DNA of 64,000 nt from Blepharisma stoltei ATCC 30299 (taxonomy: Eukaryota > Protista > Ciliophora), in the NCBI GenBank assembly GCA_965603825.1, contig CBFDEM010000024.1, forward strand, positions 186,001-250,000. The letters are read 5' to 3'. The position numbers and the translations under genes are program-made. The notes under the pieces are model-generated. The model made no database searches, was not told where the DNA came from, and saw only the letters and a list, made by a program, of their open reading frames with translations. Below, one piece after another: positions 12,215 to 22,736 of this stretch (positions are counted from its first letter, which is position 1; the number at the start of each line of letters is the position of its first letter).

Positions 12215-13837
12215 TTATTCGAATATTGATGATTTTTTATAGCCCATGCCTTTATATATTGGTCTCTGAGGGGAGGCTGGGAAGTTTCTTGGTAGCTCAG
12301 ATTTACCAATTTTGAAAATATCTCCTGTGCTTGCATTTGAAGTCAAATCTGGCTGACTAAGAGAGCCTCTGAGTTTTCTGTCTGTAACAATAGCAAAAGC
12401 TTTAGAATTCAGTTCACTCCTATCAATTTCTATTACTTCTCCAGTTAAAGGATTAGAAATTTTATTTCTTGGCACTTTTTTTCCAAATTGTGGGAATTCA
12501 TATGTGGCATCGAGCTGGACATCATTGATTTTGTCTGAAACTTCTTCTGGTTTTGGATTTCCCAATGGATACAGCTTCTTTCGTTCGACTTTATAATTTC
12601 TAAGTGACCCTGTAATTGGGTCATGAGATACTGACTTTATATTCGTCTTTGCATTTACCACAGGTGAAAGCTCTGGCTCATTTCTTTTGACGTCCACTCC
12701 ATAAAAAACGGCAGCAGCTTTATCAAGCTCATTCTCCTCATCTTCAATTCCGAAAAATTTCTTTACATTTATATCAAATTCTAGCTGATCTCCTTTTAAG
12801 TCATATTTTCTATTTTTTTCTTTAATCTTTTTATCTTGCAAGCCCACCATTCTTTCTTGTTTCATTTCTTCGAGCTCTGCAAGTCTTTTCTTCAAAGCTT
12901 CAGTCTCTTGCCTTGCTTTTTCTATTTCTAAGTCTTCTTTGGCTTGAACCTGCTGGCTTATCGCTGAAATAAATTTTTCTTTTTCTTCTTTTGCTCTCAT
13001 CACGTCTAAAATTTCTTTTTGTCTTGCTAAAATTTGGCTCTCTTGAAACCTGCTACTTATAGCTTCATCAATTTGTTGGAATTTTTGGTTCATCGGTTCT
13101 AAATATTTCTGCTGAAATATCTGCTGCCTTGCAGCCTGCCTTTTTTCAATTTTCGAGTATTTCTCTCTATAAGCTCTTTCTTTATCCTCTACCTCTTTAG
13201 CATATTTTTCTTGAAGATTTACAACATCATTTTTCCAAGCTTGATTACTTGTATCTACCAAATCTTTCCTATAGCCAGCATTAGTTAAGTTTTCTTTAGC
13301 GATATTATTTTGCTGTTCCCTTAGCTCATTTTTAAGCTGTTGTTCTCTATCCATAGCCAATTTGGCAAGCATTAAAATTTCTTCATCTCTTATTCTTTTT
13401 TCTTTCTTTTCTGCTTCTTTTACATGGCTTTTATAGTTTACATCATTGGCATAGCTATTAGCCAAGTCCTCAGTTAATTTTTTCTTTTGATTAATTTCAT
13501 TCATTCTGTCTTCCTGAAACCGCTGGATTTTTTGTTCAATTTCATAGGCTTCTCTAAGCCTATTTTCATCTCTGACTTTATTAATAATTTCATTCTGCTT
13601 CTTTACATACTCAAAATAGGCTTTTTCTTTATTCCTCAGCTCAATAGGATCCAAAGGCTTAACCCCTTGTACATAATTAGAGGGTGCAGATGGGCTATTC
13701 GGGTACTGATGGATTGTGGCATATTCTTGGTTTTTCGCTGGGACTTGTGAAGTGGCACTGTCAAACTTCTTATAATTGTTCAGGATATATGATGACACCT
13801 CACGAGGAGGTGACCTATAGACATCTTTGCTAATCAT
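12215..13837 (-). CDS. Long coiled-coil protein, possibly ciliary or cytoskeletal
   Basis: 540-aa E/K/Q-rich ORF with C-terminal DPITG and NPLTG motifs. Confidence 0.8.
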   Translation of the reverse strand: MISKDVYRSPPREVSSYILNNYKKFDSATSQVPAKNQEYATIHQYPNSPSAPSNYVQGVKPLDPIELRNKEKAYFEYVKKQNEIINKVRDENRLREAYEIEQKIQRFQEDRMNEINQKKKLTEDLANSYANDVNYKSHVKEAEKKEKRIRDEEILMLAKLAMDREQQLKNELREQQNNIAKENLTNAGYRKDLVDTSNQAWKNDVVNLQEKYAKEVEDKERAYREKYSKIEKRQAARQQIFQQKYLEPMNQKFQQIDEAISSRFQESQILARQKEILDVMRAKEEKEKFISAISQQVQAKEDLEIEKARQETEALKKRLAELEEMKQERMVGLQDKKIKEKNRKYDLKGDQLEFDINVKKFFGIEDEENELDKAAAVFYGVDVKRNEPELSPVVNAKTNIKSVSHDPITGSLRNYKVERKKLYPLGNPKPEEVSDKINDVQLDATYEFPQFGKKVPRNKISNPLTGEVIEIDRSELNSKAFAIVTDRKLRGSLSQPDLTSNASTGDIFKIGKSELPRNFPASPQRPIYKGMGYKKSSIFE

Positions 13838-13920
13838 ATAAATCTCAAATTTACTTTAATTATACCTAAATATGTCTAAAATGGCTTCTTATGGTAATGA
13901 GCTTATAATAAGCTTTATAA

Positions 13921-14292
13921 ATGGTGAAAGTCAAGGCCTACGAACTCAGAAAGAAAGAGCCAGAAGCCCTTCAAAAACAGCTCGAGGAGCTTAAAACTGA
14001 GCTTTCTCATCTAAGAGTCGCAAAAGTCGCTGGAGGCGCCCCATCCAAGCTATCCAAAATCAGAGTTTTCAGAAAAGACGTCGCCAAGGTCTTAACCATT
14101 ATTCACGAGAAGAAAAGAGACCAAATCAAAGCTGCAAACAAAGGAAAGAAATACCTAGCTTTCGACATCAGGCCAAAACTCACTAGAGCTCTCAGATTAA
14201 GATTGACAAAAGAACAAGCTAAGAAGCTACCACTCCGCGTTTTGAAAAAGAAATTAAACTTCCCACAAAGAAAATTCGCAGTGGCCAACTAA
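13921..14292 (+). CDS. RPL35: 60S ribosomal protein L35 (uL29)
   Basis: KVKAYELR, LRVAKVAGG..SKLSKIR, DIRPKLTRALR, FPQRKFAV. Confidence 0.98.
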   Translation: MVKVKAYELRKKEPEALQKQLEELKTELSHLRVAKVAGGAPSKLSKIRVFRKDVAKVLTIIHEKKRDQIKAANKGKKYLAFDIRPKLTRALRLRLTKEQAKKLPLRVLKKKLNFPQRKFAVAN

Positions 14293-14346
14293 ATTTAGCA
14301 TTTTAGAGATAATTCTTTTTAAGTCTAACGCCATATAAAATACAAA

Positions 14347-15264
14347 ATGTCATCAACGCAGTGTAAGGAGTGCAGGGCAGAGAATTTATTTGTGGTGGAT
14401 GAAAAGGAGGGGAATATAGTGTGCACAGGCTGTGGGCTGGTGCAAGCACTGAGAATTATTGATGATACTTCAGAATGAAGAAATCTTACAGAAGAAGATG
14501 GGAGTAAAGGAAGTGATCCTAGAAGAGTAGGAATGCCTAATAATGAACTTTTAGTAGGAAAAGGACTTTGCACAGTCATTTCCGGTGACCCCTCAAGAGT
14601 AGGGCTTTCTATGTGAAACCAACGAGCTATCTTGACAGGGATCGACCGTACCTTATCTACCGGTTTTCACGAAATTGATGATATTTGCCACACTTTAAAC
14701 CTCAGTGACACTGTCGCCGAAGACGCCAAAAAGACTTTCAAAATTGTGACGACTAAAAAAACCTCCCCTTGCAAATCCCATATGGGCTTAATAGCTTCAT
14801 GTGTATTTTTATCTTGCCGAAAATATGGAAACCCTATTCCTATAAAAGAAATTGCGTCCCTTTATAGCCTAAATAAGAAGGATATTCAAAGGTCGTATTG
14901 TATGATCAAGCAAATTATCCCTGATATTGTCAGTACTCAAACAGAAATCGCGTATGTCAAAAAAATTGCCAACGATTTGAATTTGCCACAAATGTTGGTG
15001 AATAAATGCGCGGTTGTGGCACAAAGGATTAAGGACAGCGGGATTATGGAGGGAAAAAACCCACTGAGCTTGGCAAGTGTGGTAGTTTATATGATGAGCA
15101 TTTTGGAAGGAGAAGATGCGTTCAGCTTTTCTGAAATAAGTAAAAGCTCGGGTGTGACCACAAATACAATAAGAAACTGTTATAAGCAAATCTACCCAGA
15201 TAGAGTAAAATTACTCATAGGAGTAATAAATGACTGGGAAATACAGAAACTTCCCAAATTGTAA
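14347..15264 (+). CDS. TFIIB: Transcription initiation factor IIB, 305 aa
   Basis: Zn ribbon CKEC..VCTGCGLV, B-reader IDDTSE[TGA=W]RN..DPRRVG, and two cyclin repeats (GKNPLSLA). Confidence 0.93.
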
Positions 15265-15516
15265 TTAATTAATTTTCCTAATTAAATATAAACTCGACTC
15301 CTTTCGTTTTATAACTTTTCACCAATTTTTATTTACATTTTATTTTAACACATTTGCCACTGAAATGATGCCATATCTCTTTTGGATTTGTTGCCATAAT
15401 TATTATCCACTACTTTAAAAAAATTTTTTAATCTAAGAGCGTCTCTTTGTTTTAAAATTTGCAGATTATTTTAAAGCATAGAATTTTATAAGCCATATTG
15501 TTTAGATATAAATCCC

Positions 15517-15879
15517 ATGTTAGACAGTAATATAACTTACTTCGCCTTTGATTCGAACTCTCCAGATTATTCTGAAGGATTCAAGGCTTATAAATGTGCA
15601 GGCGAAGTATACTGTATTAAGTGCTCTGACCTGTCAAGTCCGCAGACTTCTCCTAAACCTAAAGAATTAATTCATCTTTTCACTCCAATTGACAAAGAAA
15701 AGGAAATGAAATATCAAGCTCTCAATAGAGACCTCTTGAACCTTTTGAATTCTTTAGAAGAGTCAATGGAATCAGTTAATTTAGAAGATCATACACCGAT
15801 TATACCGCATGAAATTTCTCTTAAAATGCCAGCTTCATCATCTCTCCAAAGAAGAAGAGCGAAATCAGCACATTCATAA
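15517..15879 (+). CDS. Hypothetical protein
   Basis: 120-aa ATG-to-TAA ORF with coding-like composition. Confidence 0.6.
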   Translation: MLDSNITYFAFDSNSPDYSEGFKAYKCAGEVYCIKCSDLSSPQTSPKPKELIHLFTPIDKEKEMKYQALNRDLLNLLNSLEESMESVNLEDHTPIIPHEISLKMPASSSLQRRRAKSAHS

Positions 15880-15922
15880 TTTAATTCGATTGTAATAAAA
15901 GATTCTTTGAAAAGCTTTATGT

Positions 15923-16378
15923 TTAACGATAACTCTTTTGTCTTCTTGCTCTTGCGCCTGGACCACCGTATTTCTTAGGCTCTTTTCTTCTAGGATCAGC
16001 AACAAGCAAGGATCTATCATAAGCCAAAATCATTTCTTTTATTTGCCTCTTTGAAGCTTCATCCACATATTTTTGATAGAATGCAATAATTCCTTTAGCG
16101 ATAGCTTGTCTAACTGCATAAATCTGGCTGACATAGCCACCTCCGTGGACTCTAATTTTGAAGTCAACCTTGCTGAAGCGAGATTCCCCAAGGAGAAGAA
16201 TAGGTTCTAATACTTTTACTCTCAGTGTTTGTGGCTCTACCAAATGAAGAGGGACACCATTGACTCTGATCATTCCTTTTCCTTTAGTAATAAGAGCTAC
16301 AGCTTGTGCGTGTTTCTTTTTACCATAGGTTTGGACACTTTCCACTCTTGGAAGGTGGGTATGAGCTGGCTGAGCCAT
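15923..16378 (-). CDS. RPS16: 40S ribosomal protein S16 (uS9)
   Basis: [44 protein letters not shown]. Confidence 0.98.
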   Translation of the reverse strand: MAQPAHTHLPRVESVQTYGKKKHAQAVALITKGKGMIRVNGVPLHLVEPQTLRVKVLEPILLLGESRFSKVDFKIRVHGGGYVSQIYAVRQAIAKGIIAFYQKYVDEASKRQIKEMILAYDRSLLVADPRRKEPKKYGGPGARARRQKSYR

Positions 16379-16517
16379 ATTAATTTATTATCTCATAATT
16401 TTATGAGGGAAATCAATAGGTTTCTTTTACAATCTTTATTAGAAAAATATAGTCAAAATTGGCGTACTTCAATATTTTTGCTTGTATATTAAATTACATA
16501 TTTAAGTTTGATATAAA

Positions 16518-17372
16518 ATGTTGCCGCCAGACTGCCGACTCCCTTTTCTTGTAGCGAGATTTCTACAATTGAAGCATCTGAATATGAAAGCCTCACCCCT
16601 GCCGTTTAAAACAGAAACAAATCCTCTGATAGGCTTAACCCTAGCTGAAGATGACCCATGCACAATCGTGTTTACAGGCTTTTACTCAGGGAACTCCATA
16701 ACAGATGGCTATTACTCCATCCAAGTCTACTTAGACCCAGCCCTCGAAATCCCTCAGAAATGTCTACTTTCCATTATGCACTGGACAATTGATTTCGAAA
16801 ACCAAGCCCCAATGCTGACAATAATTAAAGCTTCCGTGATTTCCACTATTTATTCCCCTCCCAAAGCTATCTCAGTCCCAGTTGAAAATAACCCAAGAGT
16901 TTTTGACTTATTACAGAAATTAAGACATCAAAGAATATTGCTCAGATACGAAATTTTCCCAGAAGCCAGCCAGCAAGAATTTATAGAGAAAAAAGAAAAC
17001 ATTGCGCTTTATAGCGACACGTTAATGTCAGATGCCCCTGATACCTTGCCACAAATGAGGGCCGTTAATACTCCTTTGAAGGAAAATAAACCGATTTCTT
17101 TGGGTTTTGGGTCTAAAAGTAAAGAGAAAACAGCTGAATTAAAAGCAAAAAGAGAGGTGAGGTATATAAACTCACAGGAAGATTTAATGGAAGAGTTGCA
17201 GCCTTCTTTTAGAGATGAAGTTATGAATGAAGACTATGGAGAGGATGAGCTATTTAGAGAGATAAAAGAAGATGAAGGAATTGAATTAAATAAGGTTGAT
17301 ATGGATGTTGGAATTGAAGAATTCCCACCTTGGGCACTGGACTATTTGAAGTTCTTTTATAAAGTTGCCTAA
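16518..17372 (+). CDS. Candidate OB-fold protein, TEBP-beta/TPP1-like, with acidic C-terminus
   Basis: 284-aa ORF; motifs ITDGYYSIQVYL, LLSIMHWTIDF and LQKLRH are colinear with recalled TEBP-beta motifs. Confidence 0.5.
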   Translation: MLPPDCRLPFLVARFLQLKHLNMKASPLPFKTETNPLIGLTLAEDDPCTIVFTGFYSGNSITDGYYSIQVYLDPALEIPQKCLLSIMHWTIDFENQAPMLTIIKASVISTIYSPPKAISVPVENNPRVFDLLQKLRHQRILLRYEIFPEASQQEFIEKKENIALYSDTLMSDAPDTLPQMRAVNTPLKENKPISLGFGSKSKEKTAELKAKREVRYINSQEDLMEELQPSFRDEVMNEDYGEDELFREIKEDEGIELNKVDMDVGIEEFPPWALDYLKFFYKVA

Positions 17373-17542
17373 CTAAAACACTCTTATCATTGAATTTATA
17401 TTACCATTAAGATTAATAAAATCGTAGCATTTAATGAATGGGTATATTTTTTGTTGAAAAATTCAAGTAATTTTATTAGAAACTTCCAATTTTAATACTT
17501 CCCTCCATTTTTTTGTATTAAATTAATCTCAATTATTTTATC

Positions 17543-17944
17543 TTAAAGCTCCTGCTGTGGCTCTTCTTTTGTGCCTGCTGGAAGTAAAGCTTGATGTATA
17601 AATGGAACCGCTCCTCCACAAGAAATTATCGCATTAGCCATCAGTCTGTTTAGCTCTTCGTCATTTCTTACAGCAAGCTGGATATGTCTTGGTAAAATCC
17701 TGTTCTTTTTGAAGTCTTTTGCTGCGTTTCCAGCGAGTTCAAGCAATTCTGCTGCGAGATACTCAAGAACTGATGAAAGATAGACTGGAGCTCCAGCACC
17801 GATTCTTTCGGCGTATTTTCCATGACGCATAAATCTTGAAATACGCCCTACTGGGAATTGTAGTCCTGCTTTTTGAGATCTTGAAGTTTTGCCTGGAGTT
17901 GTAACCTTTCCTCGGCTGCCTTTTGCTTTTGCGAACGTTGACAT
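17543..17944 (-). CDS. H2A: Histone H2A variant
   Basis: [38 protein letters not shown]; C-terminus QQEL. Confidence 0.97.
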   Translation of the reverse strand: MSTFAKAKGSRGKVTTPGKTSRSQKAGLQFPVGRISRFMRHGKYAERIGAGAPVYLSSVLEYLAAELLELAGNAAKDFKKNRILPRHIQLAVRNDEELNRLMANAIISCGGAVPFIHQALLPAGTKEEPQQEL

Positions 17945-18188
17945 TTTAAATTTATAAGAAGGGGGTGTTTGAGGATTTTTTATTTTCTATAGCGTGGGGT
18001 ATTTTAGAGGGAGTTTTATAAGAAAATTAATGAAGAAAATACCTTTTGGGAAATTAAATTAGCAATATGCATAAAATTTAATAAGTTAATTATTTATATT
18101 TTCTCTTGTTTATTATATCTAGCCTAGGCTATTTATTTGAATAAAATATAGACTATCAGCTGAAAAGTTGCAAAATTAGCTATAAAAA

Positions 18189-18842
18189 ATGGAAACGATG
18201 ATATCATTATTAGGGACTGTTGGATCAATTATTTCAGTCAGTGTTAGCTTATCCCCAGCCAGTAGAATGATGAAAGTACAAAAAACCAAAAAGTTAGATG
18301 AAGTTCCTTATTTGTTTTTGTTACTAAATCATCTTTGTTCATTATCATGGGCTACTTATGGGTTTATAGGTGGATATGGTGCAATTATGATTAACAATGG
18401 TATATCTACTGTAATTGGGCATTGTTTTATAGGTTGGTATCATCAAATTAAAGGCGATCTCGCTAGCTACATGCTAGTCTACACCACAGCAATTTTTGCA
18501 TCAGCATTGATACTTATTTCTTTTATTCCTATTGACATTATCGGATGGATTTGCCTAATTTCAAATTTCGCATTATATTTAGGGCCTTTAGAAACATCAA
18601 GCAAAGCCTTAGCAGAAAAAAATCCAAATTATATAGATATTTTTATCATAGGAATTTGCCAAGTGAATTCACTGATCTGGATGAGTTATGGGATCCTAGT
18701 CCAAAACAATTTTATAGTAGCTCCATGCCTATTTGGAGCATTTCTCTGCGCTTTTCAAATAACAATTTATGTTTGGGCAAATAATTGGTTTCCTATGCCA
18801 ATTTATGAGAAATTATCTAAACTCTTAGCCAATAAAAAATAA
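18189..18842 (+). CDS. SWEET/MtN3 sugar transporter
   Basis: 7 TM segments in two MtN3 repeats (LSP..., W.TYG, GPL..., WMSYG..N.FIVAP). Confidence 0.88.
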   Translation: METMISLLGTVGSIISVSVSLSPASRMMKVQKTKKLDEVPYLFLLLNHLCSLSWATYGFIGGYGAIMINNGISTVIGHCFIGWYHQIKGDLASYMLVYTTAIFASALILISFIPIDIIGWICLISNFALYLGPLETSSKALAEKNPNYIDIFIIGICQVNSLIWMSYGILVQNNFIVAPCLFGAFLCAFQITIYVWANNWFPMPIYEKLSKLLANKK

Positions 18843-18895
18843 TTAAATTATTCTTTCAATAGCATTTCTTCTTTTCAAATAAAATTATCACTTAA

Positions 18896-20218
18896 TTAAT
18901 CAGCATTTGCCACTTTTTCACTTGTCCCAGGAGCATAATATCCACTCATTCCAATTTCTGTGCCTTCCAAGGTTTCCTTTTGCATTACGTCATCTAAAAT
19001 CAGCATCCCAATAACCCTTAATAGCAAAAACACAATAATAGCCCAAAACATTGCCCAGCCCATTATAGTAAAAACTCCCACAACTTGTGCAGCAAGATTA
19101 TGGCCAGATGATTCTTGCCAAAAAATTCCATAAGTATCTGTTATAAAGCCTGGCAAAAATCCTCCCAAAAATGCAGGGGCTCCAAAAGTTGCAGATACGT
19201 TCATAGTATCATCAATTCTCATCCATCTAAATATCGTATAAAAAAGCGTAAACCAAACTCCAGACATAACTCCTACGATACCTGCCTGCCATACCGCTGA
19301 ATTAAATGCTGATGAGGCTATCATTACTTGTCCTGCTATAAATCCTTGGTAAATAGCTATATAATGGGTATGTAAATCATGCTTGCTCATAGTCATTAAC
19401 ATATAAGCAGTTATAGCTGATAATGAGCCACAAATTCAACTATTGATGGCTCCTATGCCTCGATGAGTATTTGTTGGTGCTAATGAAATGGTCAAGCCAA
19501 AAATTCCGAGCATAGTTAAAGTTGCACCTAATACGTAAATAACATGGCTCTCCATGTAGAAATAATGCTCTGTGCGCTGATCGAATCTTCCTAGTCTTTT
19601 TCCTGTAAGTATTGCAGCTACATACGCAATAGACCCAGCAAATAAAAATACTGTGATTGTGCCTCCTAAATCAATCATTGGGACATCTTTAATTTCTGAA
19701 TAAAGCCACCCTCCACCCCAATTCCAAGCTACTACAACAGGCCAGATCCATGCCATAATTGCGAACGCTATAAAAGGGTATACCAAATATTTGACTTTTT
19801 CTGCTATTGCACAATTCACTATAAAAATTGTAAAAATCCCAGCCAATCCAAAAAAGGAAGCACAAGATCCATGATGTTTATCTCGCTGCTTTAGCCAATC
19901 GTCACCACCAAAGAAGCGTCTTCCTATAAATTCATTATGATATGGGTCGCCGAATGCAAAGCCATATCCTACAAGCCATCATGCTGCAAAACCAATAGAG
20001 AACTGTAGCCAATTTTTAACTATGATATGATTCCCAAAGCCTTTTCGGCATATTCCGTATTCCATCATAGTTAGACCAATCTAAGTAAATGTTACAAGTC
20101 CGAGATAGACATGTATATCTCCTATTGATACCCATGTCAATGGGCAGTTTATGTTAGCAATTTCTGTCTGTGAATTCATTATTGTTGGATGTGATGGAAC
20201 TTGAAAAGTACTTGACAT
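18896..20218 (-). CDS. Amt/Mep/Rh-family ammonium transporter-like protein A (divergent), 435 aa
   Basis: GLTMMEYG, WWLVGYGFAFG, AIAEK, WPVVVAWNWGGGWL, DLGG, GKR, RIDD; one intron and TGA=W. Confidence 0.9.
20081..20095 (-). other. 15-nt intron in Amt A
   Basis: GTAACATTTACTTAG between YLGL and IGLT; carries an in-frame TAG; same position as in the paralogue. Confidence 0.92.
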
Positions 20219-20309
20219 TGTTTTATTTATTATTTTTATCAGAAAATAACTAAAGCCATAATAAATTATTTTTTAAGAGGATATGGTGTCGGGAATTTAA
20301 AAAAATGTG

Positions 20310-20335
20310 TACCATTAAATATGGAATTTTTTCTG
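20310..20335. promoter_or_regulatory. Conserved 26-bp upstream element of Amt A
   Basis: TACCATTAAATATGGAATTTTTTCTG is 25/26 identical to 21923-21948. Confidence 0.6.
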
Positions 20336-20507
20336 TAAACAGCTAAGGAATAGTGAAATTACAAAAAATGATGAGTGAGAATTATTGTGGAAAGTGAAAA
20401 AAGCAGTCTTAATAAAAAACAGAAAAAGAAATATCTTGTAAAATAATGTTTAAGAAGGGTTTGATAATTAAAAAATTATTTTAAATTTATAACATGACAA
20501 ATAATTA

Positions 20508-21809
20508 TTAAATTGCTAAATTTTCATCTTTAAGCTTGTTTTCTTCATTTTCAAGAATTTTAACCTGTAGTTTGTTGTCTAATTTTAAAAGCCCAAAAAG
20601 CTTTAGAAATCCAAATATAATGGCTCCTCACGCTAATGCTCATGGAAAAACTGTTAAAGCAGCTGCTGTTTGGGCTGCAAGAAAATAGCCTTTGCTGTCT
20701 TGCCAAAAACAACCATAAGAATCTGTTATAAACCCAGGGAGAAATGTTCCAAAGCCTGCCGGCATCATAAAAGTCGCAGCAATGTTAATTGGATCATCAA
20801 TTTTCAGCCAATTTCCTACTGAATACCACAAAATAAATCAAATTCCTGTAATAATCCCAACAATTCCTGCTTGTCATGGCGTCGTATTAAATGCAGAAGA
20901 TGCTATAGCAACTTGGCCAGCAATGAATCCTTGATAAATTGATATATAATGTGTATTTAAATCGTGCCTGAACATAAGAATAATCATATAACTTGTTATC
21001 GCTGAAAGCGATCCACAAATTCAGCTATTAACAGCTCCTAATCCTCTGGAAGAGTCAGTTGGAGCAAGTGATACAGTCAAGCTAATAATGCCAAGCATTG
21101 TTAAAGCTGCTCCCAATGCATATATGACGTAATTCCCAATATTAAAAAACTTCTCAGTCAGTTTTTCATATTTTCCAGCCCTTCTTCCTGAAATAACAGC
21201 TCCCATAAGCCCAAAACCACCAGCTACTAAAAATATTTGTATAGTTCCCCCAAAATCTACCATAGCAGCTTCAAATTCTTGAAATTCAATCATAAGCCAT
21301 CCTCCTCCTCCTCAATCTCAAGCTACAACAACTGGCCATATAAAAGCCATAATGCAAAAGGAAATAATTGGGTATACAACAAATCTTACTTTTTCCACTA
21401 TTGCACCATTTATAATAAAAACTACAAAAATTCCAGATAATCCAAAATAAGAAGCACAGGAGCCATGATATTTTTCTTTTTGTGTTAGTCATTCGTCTCC
21501 ACCAAAGAATCGTCGGCCTATAAATTCATTGTGGTAAGCGTCGCCAAATGCAAATGCATAACCAACCAGCCATCATGCTGTAATGCCTACAGAAAACTGA
21601 AGCCAATTTTTTAATATTATGTGCTTTCCGAAGCCTCGACGGCAGATTCCATATTCCAGCATTGTTAAGCCAATCTATTTAGCAGATACCAAGCCTAGAT
21701 ATAATGGGATATCTCCGACGGATAGCCATCTTAAAGGGCAATTTATATTGGGTAAATTAGATGGAGGTTTATAAGGTTCTGCAGGCTCGTAAGGCTCATC
21801 ATAAGGCAT
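20508..21809 (-). CDS. Amt/Mep/Rh-family ammonium transporter-like protein B (tandem paralogue), 428 aa
   Basis: Colinear with paralogue A; many TGA codons align with TGG in A; ends at TAA 20508-20510. Confidence 0.9.
21675..21689 (-). other. 15-nt intron in Amt B
   Basis: GTATCTGCTAAATAG at the same YLGL|IGLT junction as in paralogue A. Confidence 0.92.
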
Positions 21810-21922
21810 TTATATTTTCTGAATAATTATAACTATAAACCATAAGAAAGAAGAATTTCAATAATAAATGATGATTTTTTTATTGCATCGAAATATCTGA
21901 TATGGAATTTTTAAAGAATTTA

Positions 21923-21948
21923 TACCATTAAAAATGGAATTTTTTCTG
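21923..21948. promoter_or_regulatory. Conserved 26-bp upstream element of Amt B
   Basis: TACCATTAAAAATGGAATTTTTTCTG; see 20310-20335. Confidence 0.6.
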
Positions 21949-22345
21949 ATAAGTAATGAAGAAGCTAAGCACTCAAAGAACTTTAACTTTGAATATCCGC
22001 TATTCAACAACTAACAGTATATAATCTGAAATGCCATTGCAGAAATTCAGAACTTCAAACCTAACCTTATAATATCTGGTGTTATTGTATAATTTCATAT
22101 AAATGCAGTTAAATCATTATGAAATAAACTCGGAAAGTTTCTTTAAGAAAGTATAATTAGCCTTTCTAATTTAAAAGTAACATAAAAATGCAAATTAATA
22201 GGTTGCTGTGTGCACAAAAATTGACTAATTGAGTTCTAAATAGAAAAAGAGATAAAATATTCCGTTGTGCAATTAGAATATGTGCTGAGTAACTCTAAAT
22301 CTCGTATAATAAATTCAGTTTTCTAATCCTTATTGCAGAATTGAA

Positions 22346-22579
22346 ATGAATGCTATTTATAAATATATGGAAAGTCAGAATAAACCCGTAGCTGAAGAAT
22401 CAAAAGAAATTGCCCAAGAAACAGAAACTAAAGCTCAAGAAGACCAAGGACCTCAAAAGTCAGGCTTGGTTTGGTCTTCAATGAATGGAGAATTAATCAT
22501 TTCCAATTGCGATTTTACAGGTGCAATCCTCAGTCCTGAAAATAAGAAGCTCATAGATTACCTACAAAGCCTTAACTAA
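22346..22579 (+). CDS. Small hypothetical protein, 77 aa
   Basis: ATG-to-TAA ORF with higher GC than its flanks. Confidence 0.55.
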   Translation: MNAIYKYMESQNKPVAEESKEIAQETETKAQEDQGPQKSGLVWSSMNGELIISNCDFTGAILSPENKKLIDYLQSLN

Positions 22580-22736
22580 GATAATTTTAAATCAAACTAA
22601 GTCAATTCTTCACAGATGTACTTTATTTTTATATGTAAGTTTATAAGGGTTTCTATTTAAAGTATTACTCATATCAAAAATTTAATTATTCATAGATTTT
22701 ATTAAAGCATATACTAATAGCTCAAGCAATCGATAT

